Part shown: positions 38,975-52,884 of the stretch, piece by piece
Layout of the letters: every line of letters begins with the position of its first letter
Numbering within the stretch: the stretch's first letter is position 1
Notes under the pieces: model-generated
What the model was told of the DNA's origin: nothing
Database searches by the model: none
Seen by the model: only the letters and a program-made list of their open reading frames with translations
Translations under genes and position numbers: made by a program
From: Ancylonema sp.
Lineage: Eukaryota
Reading direction: 5' to 3'
Assembly (NCBI GenBank): GCA_050230475.1
Contig: JBFLGF010000218.1
Location: forward strand, 1-64,000
Length of the DNA: 64,000 bases

Positions 38975-40989
38975 TTTTACTGATTTTATGGCAACATAAA
39001 AGACACGTGAATGATCGTGTTATGAATGAAAGAAGTCCGTCGGCGAGGTAAGAGTCTGGCGTTAATACATTGTCGTCTCTGACTTGTTCGGCTATCTTTT
39101 CTATTTCCTCGTCTTCCACTATGATCACATCGTAGTCTGAGTAAGACATTGAATCTGATTTAGTATACTTCATGAATAATAGTGTCTTTCGTGTTTTCAC
39201 GTTTTTGTGTTCTGTTCTCGTTGCATCCACTATCTGTTGTGCGAATTATTCAGTATTTGTTTTTCGTTACTATTGACTTTATTGTCCGATCAATTTTGAT
39301 AACGATTTTTCTATGAGAATTCGTATGTCGTGTTCTTCCTTTTTTGAAAAACAACGATTTTTCACACGAGCGAAACGTTATATTTCTTGTTTGGAACGGA
39401 AATTGATTCGTAACCGAACTTGACGTGTATTTCTGTTAGTCGTGGTCGTTTCTTGGAATGTGTTGTTATATACGACGTATCCCGGAATATGTTTTTATTG
39501 ACAATGACGTGTATCTCTGCTTTCTCGGTGTTTTTTCGATGAAATACATGTGCCGTACCGAAACGTGTGATGTGTTGACGTCCGCTCGCATGTTCTCGAG
39601 AAGACATGACCTGTAACAAACGGATTTTTTTGAACGGTCGCTTTCTCTTCTCTAGTTCGTTAGACGTCAATTCTGTTACAGGGGGGAGAGTATTGTTGGA
39701 TCTGAAAGATATTGTTTGTTTGCTGTCTATAGTTGGATTATGAATTCGTGGTGTTTTCCTCAGTCGATCCCGTTTCGGTTTCCTTATTTCGTAATGGACG
39801 ATACGGCAGTCGTGAACGATGATAATGTTTACGATGAAAGGTTGAAAGATCTTGATACACAATACACGGTAGCTCAGAAGAAAAAAGAGCAAGCTGAAAC
39901 GGATCTCCGTTTCCTGATTTTGTATGGAAACTGTGAATGAAATTGATTACGCGGAAGCTTTGAAAGATAAGATGTTTATGCAGAAAATTCTGTCAGACGA
40001 AACAGATACTGGACAAATGCGTCAAATGTTGTTATTCGTGACTCCTCGTGAAGTAGAGCAATGTTTGGCTGCCATCCGTGTCAGTCAATTGGATATTATT
40101 CGAAAACGCGAAAATGATGCTCGATTTCGTCGAGTTGCGCTCCTGGAGAGGAGACAGTTGCGGCTGTCTAACATGTTTGGCATACTTGTATCGCCTTTGT
40201 GTTCATTGAAAATAATAGAGTAGTATAAATTGTCGATCGTAAAATGAGAACGGCACTGTGATTTTAAATATTGTTGATGTAGAGAAGTACGATATTGTAT
40301 AATCGTATGCAGGCATTGTCTGGTTTGTTTCAGGATTTTGAAAGTTAGATTTGATTTGACTATTTTTTGAAAAAACTAATCGCTCTTTATTTTGTTCTCA
40401 TGATTTTTTTTTTTTTTTAATATATTAGTATTGAGTTTTAGTTTGGAGTTTTTTATTTTTCAATGAATAACATGTCATCTAAGATGTAAAATTTGTTTTT
40501 AAATTAACTTATATTTATAAAAAAAAACATATATGATTTTAACATGCGCGCATTAAAACACACTATTTCGAAAATACACATTAATATTGATCAAATTATT
40601 AAAAATTGTCAAATGGATAAAGAATGGCCTTTTAGTTATAATGTCATTTTCCATAATAAAAAACTAACACAATCTTGTTGTCAGAGAATGCGATATTTTT
40701 AACATGTTAACCACCTATTGGTATAAAAGTATGAAAGTGTCAAAATATCCAATTATCGCAGAATCTAGTGAAACCGATCGCTAACAAGTAGAAATTATCT
40801 ATAATTTCATGAAAATCTCTTATTCATCTCCAAATTCAATGTCTTCGCTTTTGATATTATTTGCGGGTAAATCGGTGTCTTCCACTTCTTCCATACCACT
40901 CCGCGAGGCTCGTCCCTGTAAAAGGCAACACAAATATTAAATTGTTTAAATCTTTGTGTTTATGAAAAAAATTCATGATATTTTTATTT

Positions 40990-43182
40990 ACCTTGAAATA
41001 CTCTTCTTGTTCTTTTTCGGTCGCTTTGGTAGTTTCCACCACCGTCAAGTAGGTGTGTTGTTCTGATACGAGTTCCCGTAGATGACCAACTCATATACTC
41101 CTAGTGACTTTTGCATTTTCTCCATTTTAGGCTCGGCTTCCAAGATATCCCATTCGTCCCGCGTGACTTGGAGAAGAGAGCATGTCGTTTTCCCGTAAAA
41201 CCGACGTTGCATTGCTTATTATCTGAACATGACAATGACAATGAGTCGTTATTGATTATTAAATAAATGTTAACCTTTTTTTTCATTTATTTTTTTCATA
41301 TGACAACATATTCTTGTTTGTATTTTAAGTTTTGGCATTTTTCGGTATGTTTGACTACACACTTGCTTACACATGAGGCTATTAATTTCGACATATTTTT
41401 CTTACATTTGTCTGTGATGTTTGCTTTCGCACGGAGTTGGAGTTCCCCACTGATCTGCTGTATTTGACACTCCGTTATTTTTTCGATCTCAAAAAAGTCT
41501 TTGGATCTGACGGTCGTATTATTCTTCGTCAAGAAAGAGTTCATCTTCGCGAATCTGCGTAGAAGGAAAACATTAATTAGTTATTTCTTCTTTTTTATTT
41601 TTATTTTTTAATGGAATATTATAAAGATGTGTGCGCAATTGATATCTTTTGATTTCGTATGACTTACCCGTATTTCTGGATCTCGTCTTGTAGTGTGACA
41701 TGACACTGACGGTTGTTTTGTAACGCCTTGATAGCGTTGATGTCCTCCAGCAATTTCAAGTCGGATTGATTTCGAAATTCGATGACGTCTCGCGTGTCGA
41801 TGACGTCTCGCGTGAAGTTGTAGTTGACCGCTAATAAACGAAAATGCGGGTTTTGCAATTTCTCGACGAAGTTGTCGAGTATTGTAGCGCATCCGTTCCA
41901 CGCCTCAATTTTCGAATATCCGGTGTTGATGACCGTGCCGGCCTTGTTCGTCGAAATGGGTTGATATTTATGCATGCGCACAGAGATGTCGAAAACCTTC
42001 AAAAGCCAATAGAATTGTTTTAGTTATTTGTTAATGAAATTAACTATGTGATAGAACATAACGAGGTGTCAAACGTTATTAAACATAATTCAAAAAAACG
42101 AAAGAAAATACAAAATAATACCAAAACCGGAATCTCGCCCCTTTTTCTCTCTTGATGTCCGCGATTTTCGGATCTGCCGGTGGTGGTTGGAAGACGATTT
42201 TTTTCGGACATGAAGTTACAATAGTGCACTTGTCGTTGAAGACGAGCTCCTTTGAAAGTCCGCGAGGTTGATATCTAAATGACATTTAAAACGATTGAAA
42301 ACGTATTTAAATGCTATTTGTATTTCATTGAATTTGTATTTCATGTTCCGTATCTGAAAACGGCATAGAAAATAAGCGAGATTTAGTTGAGGTTCTCACG
42401 CTGGCGTTGCCGTTCTCACCATGGCGTTGACAATTCTGTACCGCCCACCAATTTCGAAGTTTTTTAGGAAATTGTATCCTCGAATGTGATCTCCGCTGTA
42501 GAGCCTTCGAACAAATATTTTTTTACCGGTCGGATCTTGCACTTGAATATGTGCGTGATTGGTTTCCCTTTTTGTCGTGGAAACGGTGTAAGGTGTGAAC
42601 TTGTGATCGACACATACGTAAATAAACGTATTTTCCGTATTCAATTGAGCCGTATCGATTTTCATCACCTCCATCTGAATACAACGAGAAGTAGAAAAAT
42701 ATGATTAGGTATACGTGAGAAGTCACACAAAAATAATATACAACGATGAAAAATGAAACAGAATTATAATATTCATACAATAGATGTTTAATCTCATTTT
42801 AACAACGTCTACTACATAATAAACTCTCAGATTCAATGACTACGTTAGATGTTATACGTACTCTGATTTTTGTTGGTTTGTCGTTGTCTTTGTTATCATC
42901 TTGAGGAAAAACCATCGCGGAAATATTATTGTTTGCCGATCCGGAAGGCGGTGAGTTGATGACGTCCACCGACATAGTAGCATCATCATGTCCGACCGTA
43001 GAAGCGCCGGTTGTCAGATTGTCGGCAATGCTGAAGATTGTTGGTGTTAAATCTTTGGCAGTTTTTGGTTTTTTTGTTGGATTGTCGATAATGTCTTGCT
43101 GAATCATGAGTGTCTCCGTTTTATCGATCGATCCGACAAGCGCCGTATTTGTAACTTGATGTCGTTTAGGATTGATCTCCAT
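40990..43182 (-). pseudogene. Spliced RPA70-like multi-OB-fold ssDNA-binding protein gene (partly degenerate)
   Basis: Exon ~42674-42400 (IYVCVDHKF..HIQVQDPTG..FLKNFEIGGRYRIVNAMVRTA) and the next exon (YQPRGLSKELVFNDKCTIVTSC) align by eye to RPA1 DBD-A. Exon ~42000-41670 resembles DBD-B. Exon ~41555-41300 has Cys motifs (CKK..EKC..KQEY) like the DBD-C zinc region. GT-AG boundaries visible. Confidence 0.65.
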
Positions 43183-44179
43183 TTCGACCGTAGTCGGTTG
43201 GATTCTCGGAATGTCTTGAATGTCTATGACGGTTGATGTTTTCTCCTTTTGGAGAGATTAAACGGCCGGTTCTGTATTGCTCTTTGGTGTAGAATGATTT
43301 CCCTCCTGACGAGAAAATAAACCACAGAAAAATTAAAAACAACGAAAAATGAACGATCTTAAAATGTGTGTTTTTTTTTTGTATTTGTTTTTGTATTTTT
43401 TCAATCGTGAAGAATTAATGCATGTAAGTAATATTAAGCGGCCATCGATATCTGACAACATCACATGAATAATTTATTCAACGATACTGGAGTTCAGATC
43501 ATCATTACCATGGCTTTGTTGAGTCTAGTAACGGAGCGGCGCATGTAGTGAAAATTAGCGACTACGGGTAAAGAATGTTGAGAGGTGGTAAGAAACGGAG
43601 TGAAGAGTTTTTTGAATGCCTGTATGAGACTCATATGGACTTGAATAATTTTTTTTCACGACACAACTCACCTTACTTATACTATTGATCTTATTTTGTC
43701 GAAGATAGGTATTGTCGGAGATAGGTACCAAAAAAAAAACAAGAACAACTATGTTTACATCAAATCAAAAAAGACTTCGTTACAAATCTCGATAAGTAAT
43801 ATGACAATATTGTCTTGTATGTACTTATTTTGTATTGTCTTGACGGACTAATTCATCATCGTATTTCGAATAAATTTCATTAGAGGTTGATTAACTTTCG
43901 TTAAAATCGACGCCTTTTCGCAATATGCTTCTTTGACCGGCGGGAAGGTCAAGGCGATGGCATTTTGACTTGTCGGACCAAGGCGCTTCATGCTAGTGTC
44001 AAATAAGACCAAAAAAAAATGTTATCATTTCTCATTAGGTAACGACAAAAAACCCAAAAAGGTAACGACACTGGTAACAGTGTTTTCTAATTATTTACGT
44101 GACGTGGATCGGAAAAAACCATCATTGATTCCGACGATACTCCGATTCCGACTAATCGTGATCCGTGACCATATAACTG

Positions 44180-45590
44180 TAATGATTGATTCAAATTGAA
44201 TTATGTCGGTATTGTCGTGATGTCATGGTTGTAAACAAATTATTGCTAGAATGACACGTGTACAATACTACGTCGGTACTTTCGTGATGTCGTTATTACA
44301 GCAGATACTGTTATATCTCAGATTATTTATAATATGACACGTGTACTGTCCGCGACGTTTCAATAAAATTTTGAAGATACGTGGCATCACGATCTCGACT
44401 TACCGTGTTCGTCCGTTACCATACGACTGTCATGATTGATTCAAATTAAACTACGTCGGTACTGTCGTGATGTCATGGTTGTAAACAGATTATAGATAGA
44501 TTGACACGTGTATACTCCGGGACGGTACTGCAACAATTGAAAAATGACCGGGTATCTCGTCAAATTATTCATGACAAACGAGTTGACTTTACAACTGTCA
44601 TCATTGATGTCAACGAAACGACGCCGGTAATGCCGTTCTGTCATAGCGCTAAACTATGCAGCCCATCACACACTGTCGTTCTCACTTTCGCGTTTGCTGC
44701 GATCAACTCCGTGTTCACTCACTTGCTTCGTTTGACAGAGCTCACCGTAACCAGCAAATTTCTACGTATCGTTTCGCTGCGTATCGTTATCTGCAAGCAT
44801 TTTTCTAGCTCTCTCTTCGTCGCAACATCAGCGTCAATCGGAAGAAGCTCACGATCCGACCACGTTAAAAAAAAAAAAGGCAAGATTGCGTCAAACTCGT
44901 ACATTATAACATCTAGTGTCTATTTTTCTCATGTCTGTTTGTTTAACATTTAATTTAGATCACAACAGATAATAAAATGGGATTGCGATCTGCATCGAAC
45001 ATCGAAGCGCGCTTCCTGTAGTGATTGTGATCTGTGTTCAATTTGTCAACGCACAATCGACTGTAAAATTGCGCGTAGTACATACGTCGCAGTATTGTCG
45101 TTATAATGATATGCGGCACTGCTATAACGGATCAATCGATCGTCTGACACTATGCCGTGTACTCCAATCAGCTCCGTGTACATTTACTTGGTTTGTTTGG
45201 CAGAGCTCACTGTAACCAGCAGATCTCTACGTTTCGTCTCGCTGCAATTCGCTATTTTTTAGCAACTCTTGTGCTTTTTCCTCGTCGGAACTTCAGCGTT
45301 GATCGAAAAGAGCTCACGCGACGACTTTAAAAAAAAAAAAAAAAAAAAAAGGTAATCTCGCATCAATCTTTCATGATAAGATCTCATGTTTGCTTATTTT
45401 ACACAGATTTCATATCTTAACAACATATTCTAAGATGAGATTGCGATTTGCACCAAGCATGGAAGCGCAGTTCCTGTGGTGATTCAGATCTGTGTTGAAT
45501 TCTTTATTCGCAATTGACTGTAAAACTGTGCGCAAAACATGCATCGCATAATTTCCGTTATAATGATGTGCTACACTCTTATAACGGATC
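44180..45590. repeat. Internal tandem duplications (non-coding)
   Basis: atgattgattcaaatt..gtcgtgatgtcatggttgtaaaca at ~44182 and ~44432. A ~465-bp unit starting cagagctcac.gtaaccagca occurs at ~44736 and ~45201. Confidence 0.8.
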
Positions 45591-47144
45591 AGTAGTTTGC
45601 GTGAAGTGTCGGTTAGTGTTTCTGAAAAAATGTGATTTTCCCAGTTTTTGCAGTCGTTACGTGTTCAAGTTTACAAAAAGTTCTCCGCCAGTTCTCAACC
45701 ATAATATTTGATTAATATCGAAACTCAGTGCTTTTCTTGTCATTTCAATATGCTCTACTACATGTGAGCTTTAATATAAATACACTAATCATTTCTTGAA
45801 TTTATGCGGTCAAAAAGCTTTATTCATCGAAATATTTCTCCTTGCTGAATACACCGGTGAATTTACGAATCAGGTCTCCAGTTGACTTTATAATTAACAA
45901 TCGACCATGATATGATGATAATTAATGATCATATTTAACTGTCATCTGGAATAATATACTTTTCCCGGTTGCATTTGCGTCTTCACATGAGTTTCTCCTT
46001 GATTGATGTATTAAATTAATTTTCACACGTTATACTTAATTCGTTTTTTTTCCTCTGATATTTTCAGGCACAAAAAGATACGTCGTAAGTCCCTATACGG
46101 GAGCGTCGAATTCGCGTTTCAAAAGAAACGGGGTTGTTGCATTTTACAAAAAAGGTATCATTTTAATTAATTTCGTTTACAATCTTTCCGTAATTATGGT
46201 CTCTATTTTCTAAAATTTGAACCATTGCTTATTTTTACATTTTCATTTATATTTTAACTAATTTATTAGAACAGATTTATCTTCATTTTTTTAATATATA
46301 AATGATCATGCTTGATTTTATTTTTTTTAATGAATGTTTCGCATCATATCAATGTTGTTGATTTGATATGTTTGATGTGTATAAAAAAGCCGTGTGATTT
46401 GGAATTGGCCAATTTTTGATAAATTTTTTTTATTAGTTTTAACTTTTTTTGTAGGTACCCAAAATTTATCAAAAAAGGTTAAATTGTTTACGGACCACAA
46501 CAAAGCGTAAAAATACGCAAAGCTAGCGATCTTCAAAAAGGATATCGCTCGAGTTATATATTTTCACCAAAAGGTTAGTCGATATTTATTTTTATTTTCC
46601 CAATATCGCATCTCTTCTCGTATCAATCTCTTGTTTTGACATTTGCATTTATTATACGAAACATGCTTTCTTTCGTTTTCTCAACAGCGTTTTTTTCAAT
46701 GCAACAACTTCTGATATATCTTTTTTTATCTCTTTTTGTAGGTGGTTGGTGTCACTCTTTTTAAGAGAACCCAACAATTCCAAATTTTTGAATCTTTTTT
46801 GGATACCAAAAATAAGCTTACGGGATTATGGTCATGGTCTCGTGAGAGATCATGGTCTAACAAAGAACCTGAATTATATTTAAGACAATTTTTTTTTTCC
46901 CCCGTTTCCAAAGTTACAAGTCTCCACGCTTCGAGGTTTCCAAATTTCAGGTTTGAAAGTGTTCGAGTTTTCAAGCTTTCAAGAACGTGTTTTTCTACCT
47001 ATTCTTCATTTTAACGATATCAAGATGGCCGTTCCTTGCAAAATACCATCATCTATATTATTCAGAGATTTTATTCCTACTTCGAATGGTACATTTGTTC
47101 TTGTTCCTCAAATTTTTTAGAAAGATTGGTTATTCAAAGTGTTT

Positions 47145-47574
47145 TCATTTTCTTCCATTGGAGACTCTTCGTTGTATGAAATTCCCAAAAATGCATTGCT
47201 TTCGGATTTTGAAAGTTTGTGGTCGCAAGAAAACGAAGTAATTCTCAGATTACAAATGGCAAACTTTGATTTTTTTCGGAACCGATTGTGAACGAGAGCA
47301 TTCTATGAACGATCTTTTGCGTTGTTCGTCATTATCTCCTTGCGATATCTCTATTGCCGAAATATATGTTCTTACGAAATACGCAAATTGGAATTCTTAC
47401 GTATGGAACGAAAACAAATGTACTCACGTCTTCAAGTGTGGTGTCGATAATTCTAAGCAATATCATTTCGTTTGGAGAAGTGCGCATTGGTCTCTCTACA
47501 TCCCCATTCCGCTATATTTACAACATGCTTCAGGAAAACCCGCGTCACTAGAGTTATTGAAACAAAAACGTTAA
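47145..47574 (+). pseudogene. Degenerate OTU-like domain upstream of Rep
   Basis: SIGDSSLYEI..ENEVILRLQMANF, then after a frameshift SIAEIYVLTKY..SYVW..YHFVWRSAHW. Spacing resembles the OTU GDGNCL / EI / H motifs, but the catalytic Cys is absent. Confidence 0.35.
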
Positions 47575-47718
47575 GCAACTTATTTCATGTCGTTTCAAAT
47601 TCAACAATGGAAATTCAACGGTGGTGTGAATCAGGCGGATTTAAAAAGTGTTCTACATAAGGTTTTGAATTCTCGTATGGAGAAGACGAATGTACTCGAG
47701 ATCGGGCGAAAATAAAGT

Positions 47719-50685
47719 TTGATAACGCGATCGATTATGGAACAACTTGACATAATACCGTACATAAAAGAATTCGAATACGTTTGCGATGATCTTTCTA
47801 TCTTTTATCGTGGTATCATACCTTATGTCTCGGGAACAAATGGCAATAACGATTTACGTTACGCGTTTTGCCACGTCCTTCAAAAAACGGCTAAACACAA
47901 CGAAGTATTCATTCTCGATGACCTCCCCACTCTTGAAATTTCCAACTGGTGTCGTGATTTCTTTGTTAAACAAGTGTTCGGTGACCTCAGACTCAAATTC
48001 AACGACCTTTCTCTTCAAGTGAACGTGAGCGAAGAAATTGGAAATTCATTAAGCATGCTCATCAACAAAGCAACGGCTATTCTCTGTTCCATATCTAGAA
48101 TATACGATTGGCCACATACGAGAGCAAGATTCCTCATGATTTGTAAAGACGGACCGACAAACGCATGTACTGTGTGTTCCCAACTATATTTCAGAGAGAT
48201 ATTGACGCAATTGACACAAAAGATGTGGTCCGACTACAACACCATTGCAAAAAAGACGAATGCGACTCTTCCTTCGAAAACAAATGGGCCATATATATGT
48301 TCGAGTTGTAACTCGTATTTGAAAAAGAAAAACGTCCCCAGGTTCTCTACCGAAAAAGGTATGTTTTTCCCACAACTTCCATCGGAATTACAAGGTTTAT
48401 CCGAATTGGAAGAACGAATCATATCTCCGATAATTATCTTCATAAGATTACAGAACCTCAAATACGGAGAGCATGGTCAGAGATCACTAGTCGGACCAGT
48501 CGTTTATGTTCCGTGTAACGTTTTACACGATGGAAAGTCTTCCACGTTCTGCTCCCGAAACACTCACGATACCGTTGCTCTTCAAGCGCGGAGAAAGAAG
48601 GACAAATCGAATGTCTACGAAGATGCCATCAGACCTCATAAGATCGTCGACGCTTTACGATGGTTATGTTCCCATAGTGAACTTTGGGAAAAAATCACTT
48701 TAGACGAAGAAAAAATCCAAGGTTTGGAGGACATCAACAGAATGGAAGACTTCATTGAGAAATGCCTACAAGGGATGAACCAGAAAGATCCGGAAATGGA
48801 TGTGACCAGTGATCTCCAAAATGATAACAACTCAAATGATGAGGAAAACGACGAAGTTCATGATGGAATCGAGGAGAATGATATTGACACCGGAGACAAT
48901 GATGGAAATCTCGATACTCTCATTATGCAAGACAATGTTCCGGTTCTTAACGAAAAGATAATACTGGCACCCGGTGAAGGAAGACATCCTGAATCTATTT
49001 TACTGGAAAAAGATGCCGAGGTTCTAAGTTTCCCTACCATATTTAGAGGTCAAAGGAAAACGGAAAACAAGGATCGTATTGTGGAAATAACCAAAAGCGA
49101 TGAACGGCGATGGGAATTGAGGGCAAAAGATAGACGAGTGTCTTTAAACGTGAGCAACATCTTTTTCAAATACCACAAATGCAAAAGGAGCAAGTACGGA
49201 ATATTATGTTTTTGAAGTTGAGAATCCAAAGGAAAAATGGACATGGAACTCTGAATGCAGGATTTCTAAAAGATTCTGAGAATTTGAACACATTAGCAAA
49301 AGACGACATCGTGTATCCAAAATTCAAAATCCTCAAAGAATCACCACAATATTGGGCTCAGGCCAAAAAAGTCTTTTTTGCAACGTTGAAATAATTGGGG
49401 AAACCAACTGTATTCCTCTCTTTCTCAATGGCGGACACGAAATGGACAAATCTACGAAAAAATCTCAAAAAAAATGTAGATGGTGTAGAGATCTCCCTCG
49501 AAGATGCTTTAGAGTTGTCTTCATCTGAAGTCTATCGACTCGTTCGATCTGATCCTGTGACATGCTCAAGATATTTCAGTCGAAAAGTGGAAGTATTCAC
49601 AAAAAATGTTCTCACTCAATGCGAAGAAGTTATCGGAGGTATGATGGATTTCTTTCAAGTCGTGGAATTCCAACAAAGAGGATCCCCACACATTCATATG
49701 AATGGCCTACGTTGACGACTTCGAAAAATTATTCGGTAAAGCAAACGAATACCCATAACGATAAGATCGTCTCTTTCATTGACGAGTTTCATTACGTGTT
49801 CAAGAACGCGTGTGTCAAATAATAATTTGAAAGGCCAAACTCACACATGCCGGTCAATGTATTGCCAACGAAAGAAAAACAAATCCACAGCATGTCGGTT
49901 CAACTATCCTCAACCTCCAATGGACAAAACATGTATCTTGCAACAATTGACCGAAGTGGAAAAGCAAAACCACTCCAACAAAGCAAAAGAAGATTGGAAA
50001 AAAATAAACGAGAAACTCTCAACATTGACTCAAACAAAAAACGTCCCTTATACATTCGATGCGTTTCTAGTGGTCATTGGTATTTCGAGAGAAGATTATA
50101 TAATGGCAGTCCGAAGTTCCATCCAACGTACAACCGTCTTCCTCAGAAGAAAGACAAACGAAATATACATCAACGCTTACAACGCCAAATGTCTTGAATT
50201 ATGGGAATCGAATATGGACATCCAGTTCTACCCGGACCATTACGCTGTGGCTGTGTACATCGTATCTTACATATGTAAAGGAACAAAAGGATTGATCAAA
50301 GTCATGGACCAAGCTTGTAAAGAAGCAACCGCTGGAAACAAAACGTTGTGTCAACAAATATATCAAATCGGAAACGCTTTCATCCAATCTCACCAAACGA
50401 GTGCACAAGAAGCCGTCTATTTACTTCTCGGACTTCCTTTGCGAATGAGTTCAAGAAGTGTCCTCTTCGTACCGACTGGATTAAAAACAGAGAGAATTGT
50501 AACACTTTAAAACAGCGGATGAGATCAAAGATAAAGCCGACGATGACACCAACGTGATCAACCCGACGGCTCTCATAACAAAATACGAAACAGACCTCCT
50601 TCCCTTTCCGAACTTTGCTACGCTGATTTCGCTTCAATGTACGATCAAACGCGAGGCTATAAACCAAAACCCCAAGACAATGAAG
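47719..50685 (+). pseudogene. Helitron RepHel, N-terminal/Rep (HUH Y2) half
   Basis: CTVC..ICSSC zinc motif, LP.EL..LSELEERII, APGEG..P, FPTIF, GKPTVFLSFS..DTKW, DPVTCSRYF, VEFQQRGSPHIH (HUH), CRFNYP, NMDIQF..YIVSYICK (two Tyr), SAQEAVY. Several frameshifts and stops; truncated at 50685 by an LTR. Confidence 0.93.
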
Positions 50686-52435
50686 TGTTAGGAATTGAGT
50701 TCGGATAGGCACATTAATAACTTGTTTGCCTTGTCCGGCTAATTGCCTTAGAGTCTTTTAGGACACGGAGCCGGGAAATGCACTACCCGGGTATCCGTCC
50801 GCACACGGCACGTCCACACTGGTACGGACGTGTCCTAGCTAGTAGTCGTTGTAGAATACTAGGCGGTGTCACCACCCCATTAGCTGGATTTGTGTGGTGA
50901 CAGTCGAGTCCGGCATGTTGCCGTGGACACACGTGCGGTGGCACGATGGCGGTCGATAGTTCCGACCGTCGGCTAGAAAAGTGTCCAGTAATCATTGTAC
51001 CGTTGTCGCCTCGTTGGGTACATTAGCCCGACGAAAATACTTTTCTAATTACATTTCACAATCATACCAATACGTTGTCGCTTTATCGTACATTTATTTT
51101 GTCTTGTATTGTAAAGCATTGAACTTGTGCGCTACCGTGTTGAGTGACCAATCGTTTTAGGTTACGGGCCCACAAATTGTCTAGGACATCTGAGCGGTCG
51201 GATCCTATAGATTTCCACGTTTTCACTGGCAGGCAAAGTTGCTCTGAAAATCATGGTAAATTGTGCCTATTTGTTAGAGCAATTAGATCTGGAATTGCTA
51301 GGCTCGTAATTTGTGAATTACTATCTGCTCTTATTTTTTGTGTTGTGAGCTGTGAGCTCCGTGTTGCAAATTGCCGCCAAAGTTTTGCTAGAGCTGCTAG
51401 CTGCTGCATCTTTGTGTTGGAATTTTTGTATTAACCCTGGTGCAGGAACAATATTCCCCAGTTCACCAGGGCAGCATATCAGGGATGGGCCTTTAAGGTC
51501 AGGTTCGGCTTGATCGAAAAAGAGCTGCATCGATATGTCGTCGACTTCAAGGGGAGGACGAGAATACGCGACTTCAAGGGGAGGACGAGAATACCTCTCC
51601 CGGCTGTTATCGAGCCGTTGAGACAGGCAGCAGTCGATTCGTTGCTTGTTGATGCTGCAGCTCGAAGAGGTGCTGCTAATACACACCAACATAATGTCGA
51701 TGCTAGAAATTTGCTTGTAGATGCTTGGGATGCGCAGGATTTAAAGGCGCAGGCCTACATTCTTAGGTTCTTAGGTCCGTCAGAGCAGGTCCATGTTAAG
51801 GATTGTGATTACGCATTTGAAATGTGGGACAACCTTGCATCTTTTTACGAAGTCTATTGAAGTAGCTAGTGCCCTGGCTAAACTGAGTGCTACGGTAATG
51901 GGTGAGGTGGAAGACTTACAAGAGTTTGTCAAACGCCTGCAAGTCATCCATGGCGAGCTTGCGCACCTCGGCAAGCCCGTCAGCGAAGCAGACCAGGCGA
52001 CAAATTTGATCAACTGCCTCAGCTCCCGCTACGACTCCATGGTGGAGGTCGTTCAGAGCTGGGCGGAGTCTTCACCGAACCTCTACACGATTCCCCACAT
52101 CACCTCGGCTCTGCAGCGAAAGGACACCAAGCTCATCGTCAGCGCGCGGAAGCGTGGCGAGCCTCTCGGTGGTCCGCAGGCGCACTACGGTGGATCTGGC
52201 GGAGCTGGACCTAGCGGCAGGCCCCAGCAAGGGCCAGATTTGAGCAACGTGCGTTGCCACGGTTGCCAGCAATTCGGCCACTATCGTACCAGCTGTCCGA
52301 ACGGAGGGGGAGGTGGCGAGGCTCGGGGAATTGGACCTCAGAAGAAATGCCACAACTGCGGCGAGCGAGGCCAACTCATGCGAGACTGCCGACGACCACT
52401 TCGGCAGGACGGCCAGCAGTCAGGAGGGTAGGGAC
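50686..52435 (+). mobile_element. Truncated Ty1/copia element: 5' LTR (50686-51159), PBS, gag with two CCHC knuckles
   Basis: LTR tgttag...tttta; PBS ggttacgggccc at 51160-51171; gag IPQFT..GWAFKV, UBN2-like region, CHGCQQFGHYRTSC and CHNCGERGQLMRDC; 27-bp tandem duplication at ~51542-51594. Confidence 0.85.
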
Positions 52436-52884
52436 TATAAGCTTTTGAGTGATTAGACGTGCCGGAATAATTAGGTGGGCGACAAAACGAACCGTACGCA
52501 AAAAGATCTCTATCACTGATGATCAACGAGACAGGAATTGCGTGTGTGGAACGGATTATTATTGTGATTGCATCGGGGATGGTAATACCCGATGCGCTTT
52601 ACAGAGTGTTGGGTGCCGACGGTCGGCACAATTGACCGTCGGCCTATCATTGACTGACAGCTCTTCTACATGTCAACGGCACATGCCGGACATTTCTGAC
52701 ACGACCTAAACAAGCCAATCACGACGCTTCAAACAAATAACGTCTCAAGCGTCGGAAACATGTCAGGTGCCCGGGCACAAACTTGCCCGGCCCCGCATAC
52801 AGGCACATTAGAATATTGCTCCAGGTTAGAGTAACCGGTTACAACTGGACTAGCAAGCATAAGGCTATCCAAAATATTCTAACA
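52436..52884 (-). repeat. 3' LTR of the minus-strand copia
   Basis: Near-identical direct repeat of 58591-59044 with a few substitutions and indels. Confidence 0.95.

Noticed and set aside
34700..47000. Fanzor/TnpB or giant-virus/Polinton genes in the cargo region
   Set aside because: No RuvC-zinc finger, capsid, pPolB or packaging ATPase motifs were recognisable.
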